Shown here: positions 9,853 through 18,347 of the stretch, piece by piece | How positions within the stretch are numbered: the first letter of the stretch is position 1 | How the letters are laid out: each line of letters starts with the position of its first letter | Notes under the pieces: generated by a model | The model's database searches: none | What the model saw: only the letters and a program-made list of their open reading frames with translations | What the model was told of the DNA's origin: nothing | Source of the DNA: Candidatus Daviesbacteria bacterium GW2011_GWA1_41_61 | Lineage (GTDB): Bacteria; Patescibacteriota; Microgenomatia; Daviesbacterales; UBA10151 | Reading direction: 5' to 3' | NCBI GenBank assembly: GCA_000997385.1 | Contig: LCBT01000001.1 | Span: 177,493 to 241,492, forward strand | Length of the DNA stretch: 64,000 nucleotides | Program-made: the position numbers and the translations under genes

Positions 9853-11376
9853 TTAAACATTAAGATAATCTTTGATGTATCCCAAAAAGAAGCCGGGGTG
9901 TTTAAAAAAGTTCATGTCTGAAGCTAAAGCCAAATAAAATCTAGGCCTTTGAGTTACATCAATAACAAGATTATTTTTATTAACCTTCACAAATTCTTCG
10001 ACAGCCCATCTAATAATTTCTTTTTTCTCTTTTGGACCCATATTGTCAATTAACGGCGCCGAAGGATCAAGATGGTTTTGGTCACGATATTTCACCAACC
10101 CCTCCGGGTTTTTTTCCTCAACAATTCTAGCCAGTTCTGTCCCTGCAGCCGGAGTAGGAAAATAAGGATAAACAATATAAGGTTTAATCTCTTTGACTAA
10201 ATTTACAGTGTCTTCGATCTCTTTTTTTCCTTCTCCGGGAAGACCAATAATACAAAAGGCTACCATTCTTAGTCCTACTTTATGGAGTAATTTAGCACAA
10301 CGTCTTACATCGTCAACAGTATTGCCTTTTTTAATCAACTGTCTGATCTGGGAGTTACCAACTTCAACTCCAACAGCAATATGCTGGCAACCGGCTTCTT
10401 TAGCCAGCCTCAAAGTAGTTTCATCAACCATCTCAGCCCGTGTTTGAGCCGACCAAAAAATTGGCAGATTCTTTTTCATAAGCAGCCGGCAAAATTTTCT
10501 GGCCCGCTTTTTATCAATGAAGAAAATATCATCACAAACATAAAAATATCTGGTTTTATATCTTTTGTAAGTCTCTTCAATCTCCGCCACCATATTTTCC
10601 GCCGAACGGACCCTCGGCCGGTATCCCATGCTGGTATGGCAACCACAAAAAACACATTGAAAAGGACAGCCTCTGGATCCATAAATTCCCTGGAAAGTAT
10701 GTGGCGGCATCTGCTCATATCCATCCAACAGATGGCGGGCCGGGAAAGGCAATTTATCAAGATCTATTAAGGCCGTCCGGTCAGGATTATGAACAACCTT
10801 ACCCTTAAAATTCTTCCAGCTTAATCCTTTAATTTTGGAAAAGTCATCTTTCCCTTTATCAATGGCCCGGACCAACTCGACCACTGTTTGCTCCGGTTCC
10901 CGCCTTAACGCAAAGTCCATTACTGAAAAATCACCGGCAGTTGATGGATCTATAGCACAATGTAAACCCCGATTGGTACTACCTTCAAAGACAGTCACCA
11001 CCTTAGAGTTTAAACTTTTAGCCATTTTAGCAATTTTATTACCGGCAGTTAAAGTAGTATTAAAAACGCTAACAATTAAAATATCTGGATTATATTCTCT
11101 CAAGTAATCTTTAATTTCTTTCCAAATTGGATCACTGTTGCTGTTTAAACGTTTTAAATAGCTATTGTATTGATTAGTTAAAGCAGTAACGTTGATGTGA
11201 TCAGTATTCCCTAAAATAGTCTTTTTCCCGGGGTCATAATCAGCGTTATAAATAAGTGGTTTATACCCTGCTTCTTCTAAAGTAGCCGCTACATAACAAC
11301 AACCCGGAGGATAATGGACCAAAGAGGCATTCTGAAACCGATAAAAAGGAGGGTTAATAATTAAAATTTTTTTCAT
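9853..11376 (-). CDS. B12-binding (class B) radical SAM enzyme
   Basis: 507 aa. N-terminal B12-binding-like domain, then GSRGCPFQCVFCGCH radical SAM motif. Confidence 0.8.
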   Translation of the reverse strand: MKKILIINPPFYRFQNASLVHYPPGCCYVAATLEEAGYKPLIYNADYDPGKKTILGNTDHINVTALTNQYNSYLKRLNSNSDPIWKEIKDYLREYNPDILIVSVFNTTLTAGNKIAKMAKSLNSKVVTVFEGSTNRGLHCAIDPSTAGDFSVMDFALRREPEQTVVELVRAIDKGKDDFSKIKGLSWKNFKGKVVHNPDRTALIDLDKLPFPARHLLDGYEQMPPHTFQGIYGSRGCPFQCVFCGCHTSMGYRPRVRSAENMVAEIEETYKRYKTRYFYVCDDIFFIDKKRARKFCRLLMKKNLPIFWSAQTRAEMVDETTLRLAKEAGCQHIAVGVEVGNSQIRQLIKKGNTVDDVRRCAKLLHKVGLRMVAFCIIGLPGEGKKEIEDTVNLVKEIKPYIVYPYFPTPAAGTELARIVEEKNPEGLVKYRDQNHLDPSAPLIDNMGPKEKKEIIRWAVEEFVKVNKNNLVIDVTQRPRFYLALASDMNFFKHPGFFLGYIKDYLNV

Positions 11377-11394
11377 CAGAGTAACTTTAAAATT

Positions 11395-12405
11395 CTAAAG
11401 TTTTCTCTCTTTAATGTAAAGAGCCAATCCGTCAAAAAAAGAGACCGCTGCTAAAAGATCCCGCAGATATGAAGCATAATAAGCTCTAAATAAATTTAAT
11501 TTAGACAAACCTTTCTTTTTTAAATAAGAAAGAAACGCCGAGTATAGAAAAAAATGAACAGCTAACAAACCAGCCACCAAAATTAAAACTATCTGGCTTA
11601 AAAATAGTTGATTGACAATAGATAAAATAAAAGCCACCATTAAACCTACCAGGCTAAAAAAAGAAGCGCCGATAGCAATATGAAGTTGTTTTCCTTGATG
11701 GTTGTTACAAACTAGTATCTGGGGATTTTCCAAAAAAAATCTGGTTGACTGCTTACCAAAATAATACTGATGCCGCAAAAAATCCTTAAGACTCCGCTTA
11801 AAATGGTGTTTCACCCCGTTATCTTTTAACCACATCACTTTATAATGACGGGCAATTTGATAACCTAAAAACATATCCTCACAAACAGAATATCGGGTAG
11901 GAAAACCCCCTGCTTTCCAAAAACAAAACTTCCGGCAAGCCATGTTGTTAGAAAGAAGAGTCACCGCCTCCCCTTTTCTTTTACGTCGGCGGAAAAATAA
12001 CTCTTCACAGGAAAACCTTTGCCAAAAGCTATCATCTATCCCGGCACTATAACCTCCACCTACTGCCCCAACTTTGATGTCAGAAAAAGGAGCCAATAGG
12101 TTTTTTAACCAATCTTCTCCGGGGACACAATCGCTATCTAAAAAGGCCAAAATTTCTCCCCGGGCTTTCTTGGCCCCTAGGTTTCGGGCCACAGATACTC
12201 CTTGGTGAAAATGTTTTAAAAAAATAAGGTTGTTAATTTTTAATTGAGGTTTAATTTGGTTAAGATAAGATTTCAAATTATCTTTAGAACCATCATCAAC
12301 GATAATTACCTCTCCTGGTTTTAAAGACTGGTTACTAAGCGCCAACAAACACTTGCCGATGGTCAAAGTAGCATTAAAGGCAGGAATAATAACACTAGTC
12401 TTCAT
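11395..12405 (-). CDS. GT2 family glycosyltransferase with C-terminal TM helices
   Basis: SVIIPAFNATLTIGKCL...VIIVDDGSKD and LAFLDSDCVPGEDW (DxD region). Hydrophobic C-terminus. Confidence 0.75.
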   Translation of the reverse strand: MKTSVIIPAFNATLTIGKCLLALSNQSLKPGEVIIVDDGSKDNLKSYLNQIKPQLKINNLIFLKHFHQGVSVARNLGAKKARGEILAFLDSDCVPGEDWLKNLLAPFSDIKVGAVGGGYSAGIDDSFWQRFSCEELFFRRRKRKGEAVTLLSNNMACRKFCFWKAGGFPTRYSVCEDMFLGYQIARHYKVMWLKDNGVKHHFKRSLKDFLRHQYYFGKQSTRFFLENPQILVCNNHQGKQLHIAIGASFFSLVGLMVAFILSIVNQLFLSQIVLILVAGLLAVHFFLYSAFLSYLKKKGLSKLNLFRAYYASYLRDLLAAVSFFDGLALYIKERKL

Positions 12406-13381
12406 CTTGTTGACCGGTTAATTTACCATTTAAACCCAATTTCTCTTCAATGACATAGGGAGGACGGTCTTTGCTTTGTGAGTAGATACGGCTAATGTAT
12501 TCACCCATGATCCCTAAAAAAATAAATTGCAGTCCCATTAAAAAAGTGATACTCACAACCGGTGTGGTCCAACCGGGTATAACGCTATTAGAATTGATAA
12601 TTTTTAACATAATTAAAATTCTACTGATTGAAATATAGGCAGCATAGGAAATACTGAAAAAGGAAATTATTAAACCGGCAAAGATGGTCATTTTTAAAGC
12701 CAGAGAAGAAAAAGAGAGCAAGCCATCAAAAGCTAAATGAAAAAGTTTAGCCAGACTATATTTGGTTTTTCCAGCCATTCTGGGTGGCCGGTGATATTCA
12801 ATACCCATTTGCTTAAAGCCAACCCAGGTACGAAGACCGCGGATAAAGGGCCTATCCTCTTTAAATTTGCGCATTTGAGCCACCACTTTTTTATCCATCA
12901 GACAAAAGTCTCCAGCATCTAAAGGAATATTTTTTAAAGGAGACATCTTTAAAAGTAACCGGTAAAACGCTTTATAGCAGATCTTTTTTAGCCACATCTC
13001 CTCACGATCTTCCCTTATTCCATAAATTACCTTAAAACCCTGGCGCCATTTTGCCAACATCTGGGGAATAATTTCCGGCGGGTCCTGTAAATCAGCATCC
13101 ATCACGACCACTGGATTGCCGTGAGCATATTTTAACCCGGCTACAATAGCAATCTGATGGCCAAAATTACGGGCAAAAGAGATAATTTTTACCCGGGGAT
13201 CTTTCTTTCGCAGCTTCTTTAAAATAGATAAAGTATTATCAAAGCTACCGTCGTTGATACAAATCAGTTCAAAATTAGCTCCAATTTTTTTACAGATACT
13301 CAAGATTCTTGCATAAAGTATGCCAGCGCATTCTTGTTCATTGTACATCGGTACCACAAAGGAGATAAAAAGACTTTTCAT
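12395..13381 (-). CDS. GT2 polyprenol-phosphate sugar synthase (DPM1/GtrB/ArnC-like) with C-terminal TM anchor
   Basis: FVVPMYNEQEC...ICINDGSFDNT and VVVMDADLQDPPE. Two C-terminal TM helices, as in GtrB. Confidence 0.75.
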   Translation of the reverse strand: MKSLFISFVVPMYNEQECAGILYARILSICKKIGANFELICINDGSFDNTLSILKKLRKKDPRVKIISFARNFGHQIAIVAGLKYAHGNPVVVMDADLQDPPEIIPQMLAKWRQGFKVIYGIREDREEMWLKKICYKAFYRLLLKMSPLKNIPLDAGDFCLMDKKVVAQMRKFKEDRPFIRGLRTWVGFKQMGIEYHRPPRMAGKTKYSLAKLFHLAFDGLLSFSSLALKMTIFAGLIISFFSISYAAYISISRILIMLKIINSNSVIPGWTTPVVSITFLMGLQFIFLGIMGEYISRIYSQSKDRPPYVIEEKLGLNGKLTGQQDED

Positions 13382-13415
13382 CGGTTTGATACTATCATAT
13401 TTTTCAAAAAATGCA

Positions 13416-14534
13416 CTATCCCCTTATCTCTTGGACCAATTTAAGGCTTAAACTATTCGACTTATCCCAAGAAAACTTTTGACTCCATTTTAAAGCCCCT
13501 TGTTGTAATTGTTGGAATCTTTGGAGGTCACTAAAAAGAGTTAAAATATTTTCTGCCAAGCACTGCGGATTATTTTGAGGGCATAAAATACCGCTAATAT
13601 CATCTTTAACTGAATCTACTAAACCGGCAGATTTATAGGCTATTACCGGAGTACTCATACTGTTAGCCTCAATATTAACCAGCCCCCATCCTTCCCGTAC
13701 CGAAGGGTTAACTAAAATATGGCTGCGGGCTAATAACTCAAATTTCTTTTCTTGAGAGACAAACCCCCAAAACTTAATACTTTTTCCGAGCTTTAATTTT
13801 TTCACCAACTGATTGATTTTAAATCTATACTTTAAAGTTTCCGGACGTCCAATTACCCAAAACTGAAAATCCCCTCTTTTCTTAAGAAGGGAAAAACATT
13901 TTAAAGCATCTTCAATACCTTTATCCTTAGACAAAACCCCCAAAAAAACTATGGTTGTCTTTTTCTCTTTTTGGATAACTGCCAGAGGTTTTTGAACAAT
14001 CACTCCATGGGGAATAACAAAAATATTTTTTAAAAGTATGCCAAATCTGGCGACATCTTTTTTAGCCGACTCAGACCCGGTAATAAAAGGAATGTTTTTA
14101 TAAAGAAGAAAAATTAATGGTTCTCCAAAATAACCAATAATTCCAACCAACCAGTTTAAAGGCCAGGGTAGATGATTTAAAAACCAAACTTTTCCGGCAG
14201 TTTCCTGGATAACCGCCAGTTTAGGAATTCTTATATACAGTGGAGTAAAAAATGGCAAACCATGAAATTGATCTATTACTAAATCAAATTTGCTTCTATT
14301 TTTTAAAAAGTAAATAAATCCGGTAATTTGGACACCGATATATTGGTATCCTTGGCGGATGATATTAATTCCATCAATTGTCTCCTCTTCCGGTAGATTT
14401 TTAAATCTTGAAGAAAAAAGGGTGACCTCATGACCTGCCTTAACCCAACCCTTCATATGCTCATGCATCACCTGTTCTGCCCCGCCAGCCAAAGGGTGTT
14501 TGGGATCCCGCCAGGAAAAGACTAAAATCCGCAT
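13416..14534 (-). CDS. GT4 (GT-B fold) glycosyltransferase
   Basis: ILVNPSVREGWGLVNIEANSMSTPVIAYKSAGLVDSV, the GT4 EX7E-type C-terminal motif. Confidence 0.8.
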   Translation of the reverse strand: MRILVFSWRDPKHPLAGGAEQVMHEHMKGWVKAGHEVTLFSSRFKNLPEEETIDGINIIRQGYQYIGVQITGFIYFLKNRSKFDLVIDQFHGLPFFTPLYIRIPKLAVIQETAGKVWFLNHLPWPLNWLVGIIGYFGEPLIFLLYKNIPFITGSESAKKDVARFGILLKNIFVIPHGVIVQKPLAVIQKEKKTTIVFLGVLSKDKGIEDALKCFSLLKKRGDFQFWVIGRPETLKYRFKINQLVKKLKLGKSIKFWGFVSQEKKFELLARSHILVNPSVREGWGLVNIEANSMSTPVIAYKSAGLVDSVKDDISGILCPQNNPQCLAENILTLFSDLQRFQQLQQGALKWSQKFSWDKSNSLSLKLVQEIRG

Positions 14535-14721
14535 GGAATGATAATACTACATTCAATCTTCAAGCACTAGCATTTTAAATTTCAACACAGCAGGGATACA
14601 CATTAGGGGTACACATTAAGGAAGTACTGTTTCTTTAGTGCTATCCTCCAAGAAGACCTTTGGCAATTGTTTGAGGATTACACCAAAATGGATTGCTTCT
14701 ACTAACATACTAGGGGGTATT
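14535..14721 (-). promoter_or_regulatory. intergenic region with direct repeat; candidate internal promoter or regulator site
   Basis: The only gap longer than 60 nt in the 27 kb minus-strand gene train. Contains GATACACATTAGGGGTACACATTAAGG, a direct repeat of TACACATTARGG, plus an AT-rich stretch with TTGAAA and TATTAT-like hexamers on the minus strand. Confidence 0.35.
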
Positions 14722-15513
14722 TTAATCTAATTTCATCCGAAAGTCTAATTGTGGGTCAAGCTTCCATCTGGCTTCATTACCATTATTGTAATACCCTAAA
14801 ATTTTTAATCTGTAAAAAACTATCAGGGTATCCCAAATCATTTTTAATATTACTTTCCAAGAAATCTGGCTGGTTCTTCTGTCAAAAGTTACCTCTATCG
14901 GAGCCTCATAAATCCTCTCAAAACCCAAATGTTTGGCTACTGCCAGCATCTCAATATCCATGGCATATTTTTGAACTCTCATTCTTGGTAAAACCTTCTC
15001 CATCACTTTTCTTTTAAAAACTTTAATCCCGCTTTGGGTATCAGTTAAAGGTAATCCGAAGAGGATTTTTACCACCGAATGGTAACCAACGCTAAAGATA
15101 TGGCGAAGCAAAGGGTAGTTGACCCGGGAGGCAGGATGCCTTTTGGAACCCACAACAATGTCAGCATTGTACCACTGCATGTGAGCCATCAACATCATCA
15201 CCGAGGCGGGGCTAATCTCCATACCGGCATCTAAAAACGAGACTAATTCCCCTTCTGATCTGACCATACCGTAACGCACAGCATAACCTTTACCGTGATT
15301 TTGATGGTAACCCACCACTTTCACATTAGAGGATTTAACCTTCTTGGCTTCTTCAAAAGTATTATCTGTCATTCCATCCACCACACAGATGATTTCATAG
15401 CGGAAATCATGCAGGCCTTCTGCCAGTACCCGGTCAATATTTTCTAAATCTTTTTTAATAGTTTTGGCTTGTTTGTAAGCCGGAACAATAATTGAAATCA
15501 GCCCTTTTTTCAT
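14722..15513 (-). CDS. GT2 polyprenol-phosphate sugar synthase (DPM1-like, soluble)
   Basis: ISIIVPAYKQAKTI...ICVVDGMTDNT and TDTQSGIKVFKRKV, the DPM/GtrB signature. Confidence 0.75.
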   Translation of the reverse strand: MKKGLISIIVPAYKQAKTIKKDLENIDRVLAEGLHDFRYEIICVVDGMTDNTFEEAKKVKSSNVKVVGYHQNHGKGYAVRYGMVRSEGELVSFLDAGMEISPASVMMLMAHMQWYNADIVVGSKRHPASRVNYPLLRHIFSVGYHSVVKILFGLPLTDTQSGIKVFKRKVMEKVLPRMRVQKYAMDIEMLAVAKHLGFERIYEAPIEVTFDRRTSQISWKVILKMIWDTLIVFYRLKILGYYNNGNEARWKLDPQLDFRMKLD

Positions 15514-15522
15514 CGCGAGGTT

Positions 15523-17067
15523 CTAGGTATTATCTGGTATTTCATTTCTTATTTCAATAACTAGCGGTCCAACCTTAACCGATTCTATTAAAGGTAGCTG
15601 CTTAAAACTGTTTTCCCAAAGATGAAGCTCACCTCTAGTGTCCGGCTGTTTGATCAAAAAAACCAAATTAGAATCCGGTGGATTTCCTCCGCTGTTAAAC
15701 TTTTCTTTGTTATTGATATAAGGAGGCTTGCCTGGCAGATAAGCATAATCTTGGGGTATGTAGCCATACTTTTGTAATCCCCGCCACCAAAAAAGATACT
15801 GATAAGGATAGTCGATAACCGAAGGAAGGTAGACATAAACTTTAAAATTTTTCCCGGCTGCTTTTTGGTAAACGTAATCCACTGCCGCTATTTCATGGGC
15901 CAAAATTGTCACATCCGGAGGAGGCTTTCTTGCTCCTAAAGTATCTTTTAAGTTGAGATTAAATATGGCATAGAAGGTAATGGCCAACATTAGGGCGATT
16001 CCTCCCGCTTCCAACAACCCCCTTTTTTGAGTTAATTTACCAACTACTACCGCCAAAAATAAAATAGCTGCTGCCATTCCTCCCCCTAAATGCCAGGGCA
16101 TAAATTTTGCCGGTAGTAGTACCTGACCTATAAACGGTACCAATAAAAATAAGATGATAATTAAAAGCAGTGGTTCTTTTCTGGCTGACTTGTTTTTGAT
16201 AAAAATCACCAAGAAAACTGCGAGAATTATCCCAAACACCTTGACCAGGGGCTGCCAGTTCATGAGGGTACCAGATAAAATGCTCCAGTAAGTAAGACTT
16301 ACACTCTGCAGTCTTTGCCAAGGAAGATAAGCGCTCTGATTAGAAGAGTTGGCTAAAAAATTGAGTACTGATCTGGTCATAAAAAAGCCATGGCGCAGTT
16401 CAAAAAGTAGTTGGGGTAAGAGAGTAAAAGCAAAAGCCCCAAAACCAAAGAGGAATTTTTTGCTTGCCAGTAGTTTCCCTTTACCGGAAAAGACAAAAGT
16501 TAAAACAACAATGGCCGGAATAAAAATCCCAAACGCCATTTCAAAATTAAAAAATAATCCGCCTAAAAGCCATAAAGCTACTCCATACCAAACTACTCCA
16601 CTTTTTAAATATTTTTCCAGCAAGAAGATAAATAACGGAGTTAATAAAATTACCGGGTTGGGATTGAAAGCGTAATGGCTGGCCAAAAGCACATAATCAG
16701 AAGCAATCCATAAAGCTCCGCCACTTAAAACCGCCAGAGGACCAAAACGGTTTAAAATTTTAAGTAAAAAATATCCCCCGATTGTCCAAAAAGCGATCAT
16801 TAATAAAATGCCACCATATGGATCCCCTGAAGTCACCACAAAAGGAATTGCCAAAAGATAGTACCAAAAAGGACCGTTAAAAAATCCTTCCACCCCGGAG
16901 GTTGGACCGATCAGTCTGGGTTTTCCCAAAACTACCATCTCCCGGACATCAACCATATCCCGGGCATTGTCCATATTAAAGATAAAATTGCCATCCCCGG
17001 TAATTGTTAACCTATAGACAATACCAATTACCAGTAAGGTAATGATTAAGAGCAGGCCTTTTTTCAT
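15523..17067 (-). CDS. GT-C-type polytopic membrane protein with C-terminal soluble domain (paralog of 26289..27743 and 54915..56417)
   Basis: I place the start at the internal Met (MKKGLLL) because an ATGA overlap couples it to the upstream Wzx gene, so the 44-codon extension in the ORF track is rejected. Shared motif: D..RD....V.....L.GPPTS..G...GP.YYY. Confidence 0.55.
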   Translation of the reverse strand: MKKGLLLIITLLVIGIVYRLTITGDGNFIFNMDNARDMVDVREMVVLGKPRLIGPTSGVEGFFNGPFWYYLLAIPFVVTSGDPYGGILLMIAFWTIGGYFLLKILNRFGPLAVLSGGALWIASDYVLLASHYAFNPNPVILLTPLFIFLLEKYLKSGVVWYGVALWLLGGLFFNFEMAFGIFIPAIVVLTFVFSGKGKLLASKKFLFGFGAFAFTLLPQLLFELRHGFFMTRSVLNFLANSSNQSAYLPWQRLQSVSLTYWSILSGTLMNWQPLVKVFGIILAVFLVIFIKNKSARKEPLLLIIILFLLVPFIGQVLLPAKFMPWHLGGGMAAAILFLAVVVGKLTQKRGLLEAGGIALMLAITFYAIFNLNLKDTLGARKPPPDVTILAHEIAAVDYVYQKAAGKNFKVYVYLPSVIDYPYQYLFWWRGLQKYGYIPQDYAYLPGKPPYINNKEKFNSGGNPPDSNLVFLIKQPDTRGELHLWENSFKQLPLIESVKVGPLVIEIRNEIPDNT

Positions 17068-18347
17068 CGTTGTGGACTCTTTTTTAAACCAGCCTGCTCC
17101 CGGAAGGAAAAAAAGTAGACAAACAGTCCGGCAAAAAGCGCTATCGAAACAACTAAGGAAACATTGACTACTATTTCCAGACTTGAATGATAAAACCACA
17201 GACCAATAATTTGGGCTAAAGCAGCCACAAACGGCAAGACCACCACTTTTGTTTGCCCAATAGACAGGTAGAAGTTAACCATCAGTGAAGAAAGTGTTAA
17301 AAGAGTCATAAAAAGACCAAATTGTACCAGCAGCCCAGCAACTTCCAAATAGGAAGAACCAAAAAGAATTGTTACTGAAAGAGAAGGGAAAAGCCAGTAA
17401 ATCAGCACAACCGCCAGTGAAATTAGAAGGGATAAAATTAGGCTGTAAAGAAAAACTTTTTTATAGTCCTCACCTTGGGCATGTCTTTTAGAGATGATGG
17501 GAAACATTACCTGGGCTACCGGTCCGGCTCCAAAAAATATAATTTTCCCTAGTGTCGAAAGGGCAGCATAAATTCCGGCATCATGAGAAGAAAAAAAGTG
17601 CTTGACTAAAACTAAATCCGTTGAATAGAGCGAAGTATTGGCAATAGTGTAAACTAAAACCGGAACGGAGTATAAAAATAGAGACTTTACATTGGGTTGG
17701 GTGGAGGCTTTAACACTGCCTTGAGTGTAATCACTCATAAATTTGATGGATAAAAACCAGGCAATGATTACTGCGCCGATAAATCCAAACATCACCCCCA
17801 AAACAGAAAAACCAAGGTAGACAAAAGCTGCTCCTAAAATCAGCCTTAATCCATATTCACTAATAAGACTGATTGTTAAATATTTAAAACGCAGTAAACC
17901 TTGCAGCACTGCCCTGTTAGCCACAGTTAAGACCATAAAAAGGAAAACTACCGCCGACATGACTATTAAAAGAGGATTCTCAATATTTAAAAAGGATGCC
18001 AAATACGGTGAAACAACAGTAATAAGCACCAAAATACCAAGAGCCAATAGGATAGTTCTCTTTTGTAGCCAGTTGATAAAACCAGTGATCTCTTTTGGGG
18101 AGTGAGCGGCCGAAACAAACCTGACAATCACTAAATTAAAAGACAGAGGGATGATACCCAAAAGTCCGATTAAGGATATCAAAACCGCCAGCTCCCCATA
18201 ATTACCCGGCCCCAGTAGCCGACCCATCACTAAATGGTAGGCGTAATTTAAAAGGTTGGTGACATTACTACCCAAAACCATCACCGCACTGCCGGAAAAT
18301 AAAGGATGGGTAATAAGGTATTTAAATTTATTGATCATGCAACCCAA
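17064..18347 (-). CDS. Wzx-like oligosaccharide flippase (MOP superfamily polysaccharide biosynthesis protein)
   Basis: 427 aa with about 12 TM helices. The N-terminus (GSNVTNLLNYAYHLVMGRLLGPGNYGELA) is typical of Wzx/RfbX. Confidence 0.65.
   Translation of the reverse strand: MGCMINKFKYLITHPLFSGSAVMVLGSNVTNLLNYAYHLVMGRLLGPGNYGELAVLISLIGLLGIIPLSFNLVIVRFVSAAHSPKEITGFINWLQKRTILLALGILVLITVVSPYLASFLNIENPLLIVMSAVVFLFMVLTVANRAVLQGLLRFKYLTISLISEYGLRLILGAAFVYLGFSVLGVMFGFIGAVIIAWFLSIKFMSDYTQGSVKASTQPNVKSLFLYSVPVLVYTIANTSLYSTDLVLVKHFFSSHDAGIYAALSTLGKIIFFGAGPVAQVMFPIISKRHAQGEDYKKVFLYSLILSLLISLAVVLIYWLFPSLSVTILFGSSYLEVAGLLVQFGLFMTLLTLSSLMVNFYLSIGQTKVVVLPFVAALAQIIGLWFYHSSLEIVVNVSLVVSIALFAGLFVYFFSFREQAGLKKSPQR

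Noticed and set aside
7965-10770. Several 60-140 aa plus-strand ORFs (7965-8177, 8269-8679, 8921-9145, 10193-10447, 10381-10770) and a 94 aa minus-strand ORF (10476-10760) within the radical SAM block; considered as possible RiPP precursors
   Set aside because: All are embedded antisense or out-of-frame inside the radical SAM CDSs. Their translations are low-complexity and lack a leader/core organisation. The real intergenic gaps in the block are 0-23 nt, so there is no free space for a precursor gene.
17068-17199. 44-codon N-terminal extension of the GT-C gene (ORF-track start at 17199)
   Set aside because: The extension overlaps the 3' end of the Wzx gene in another frame. The internal ATG at 17067 forms an ATGA junction and begins a plausible MKKGLLLIITLL TM helix.
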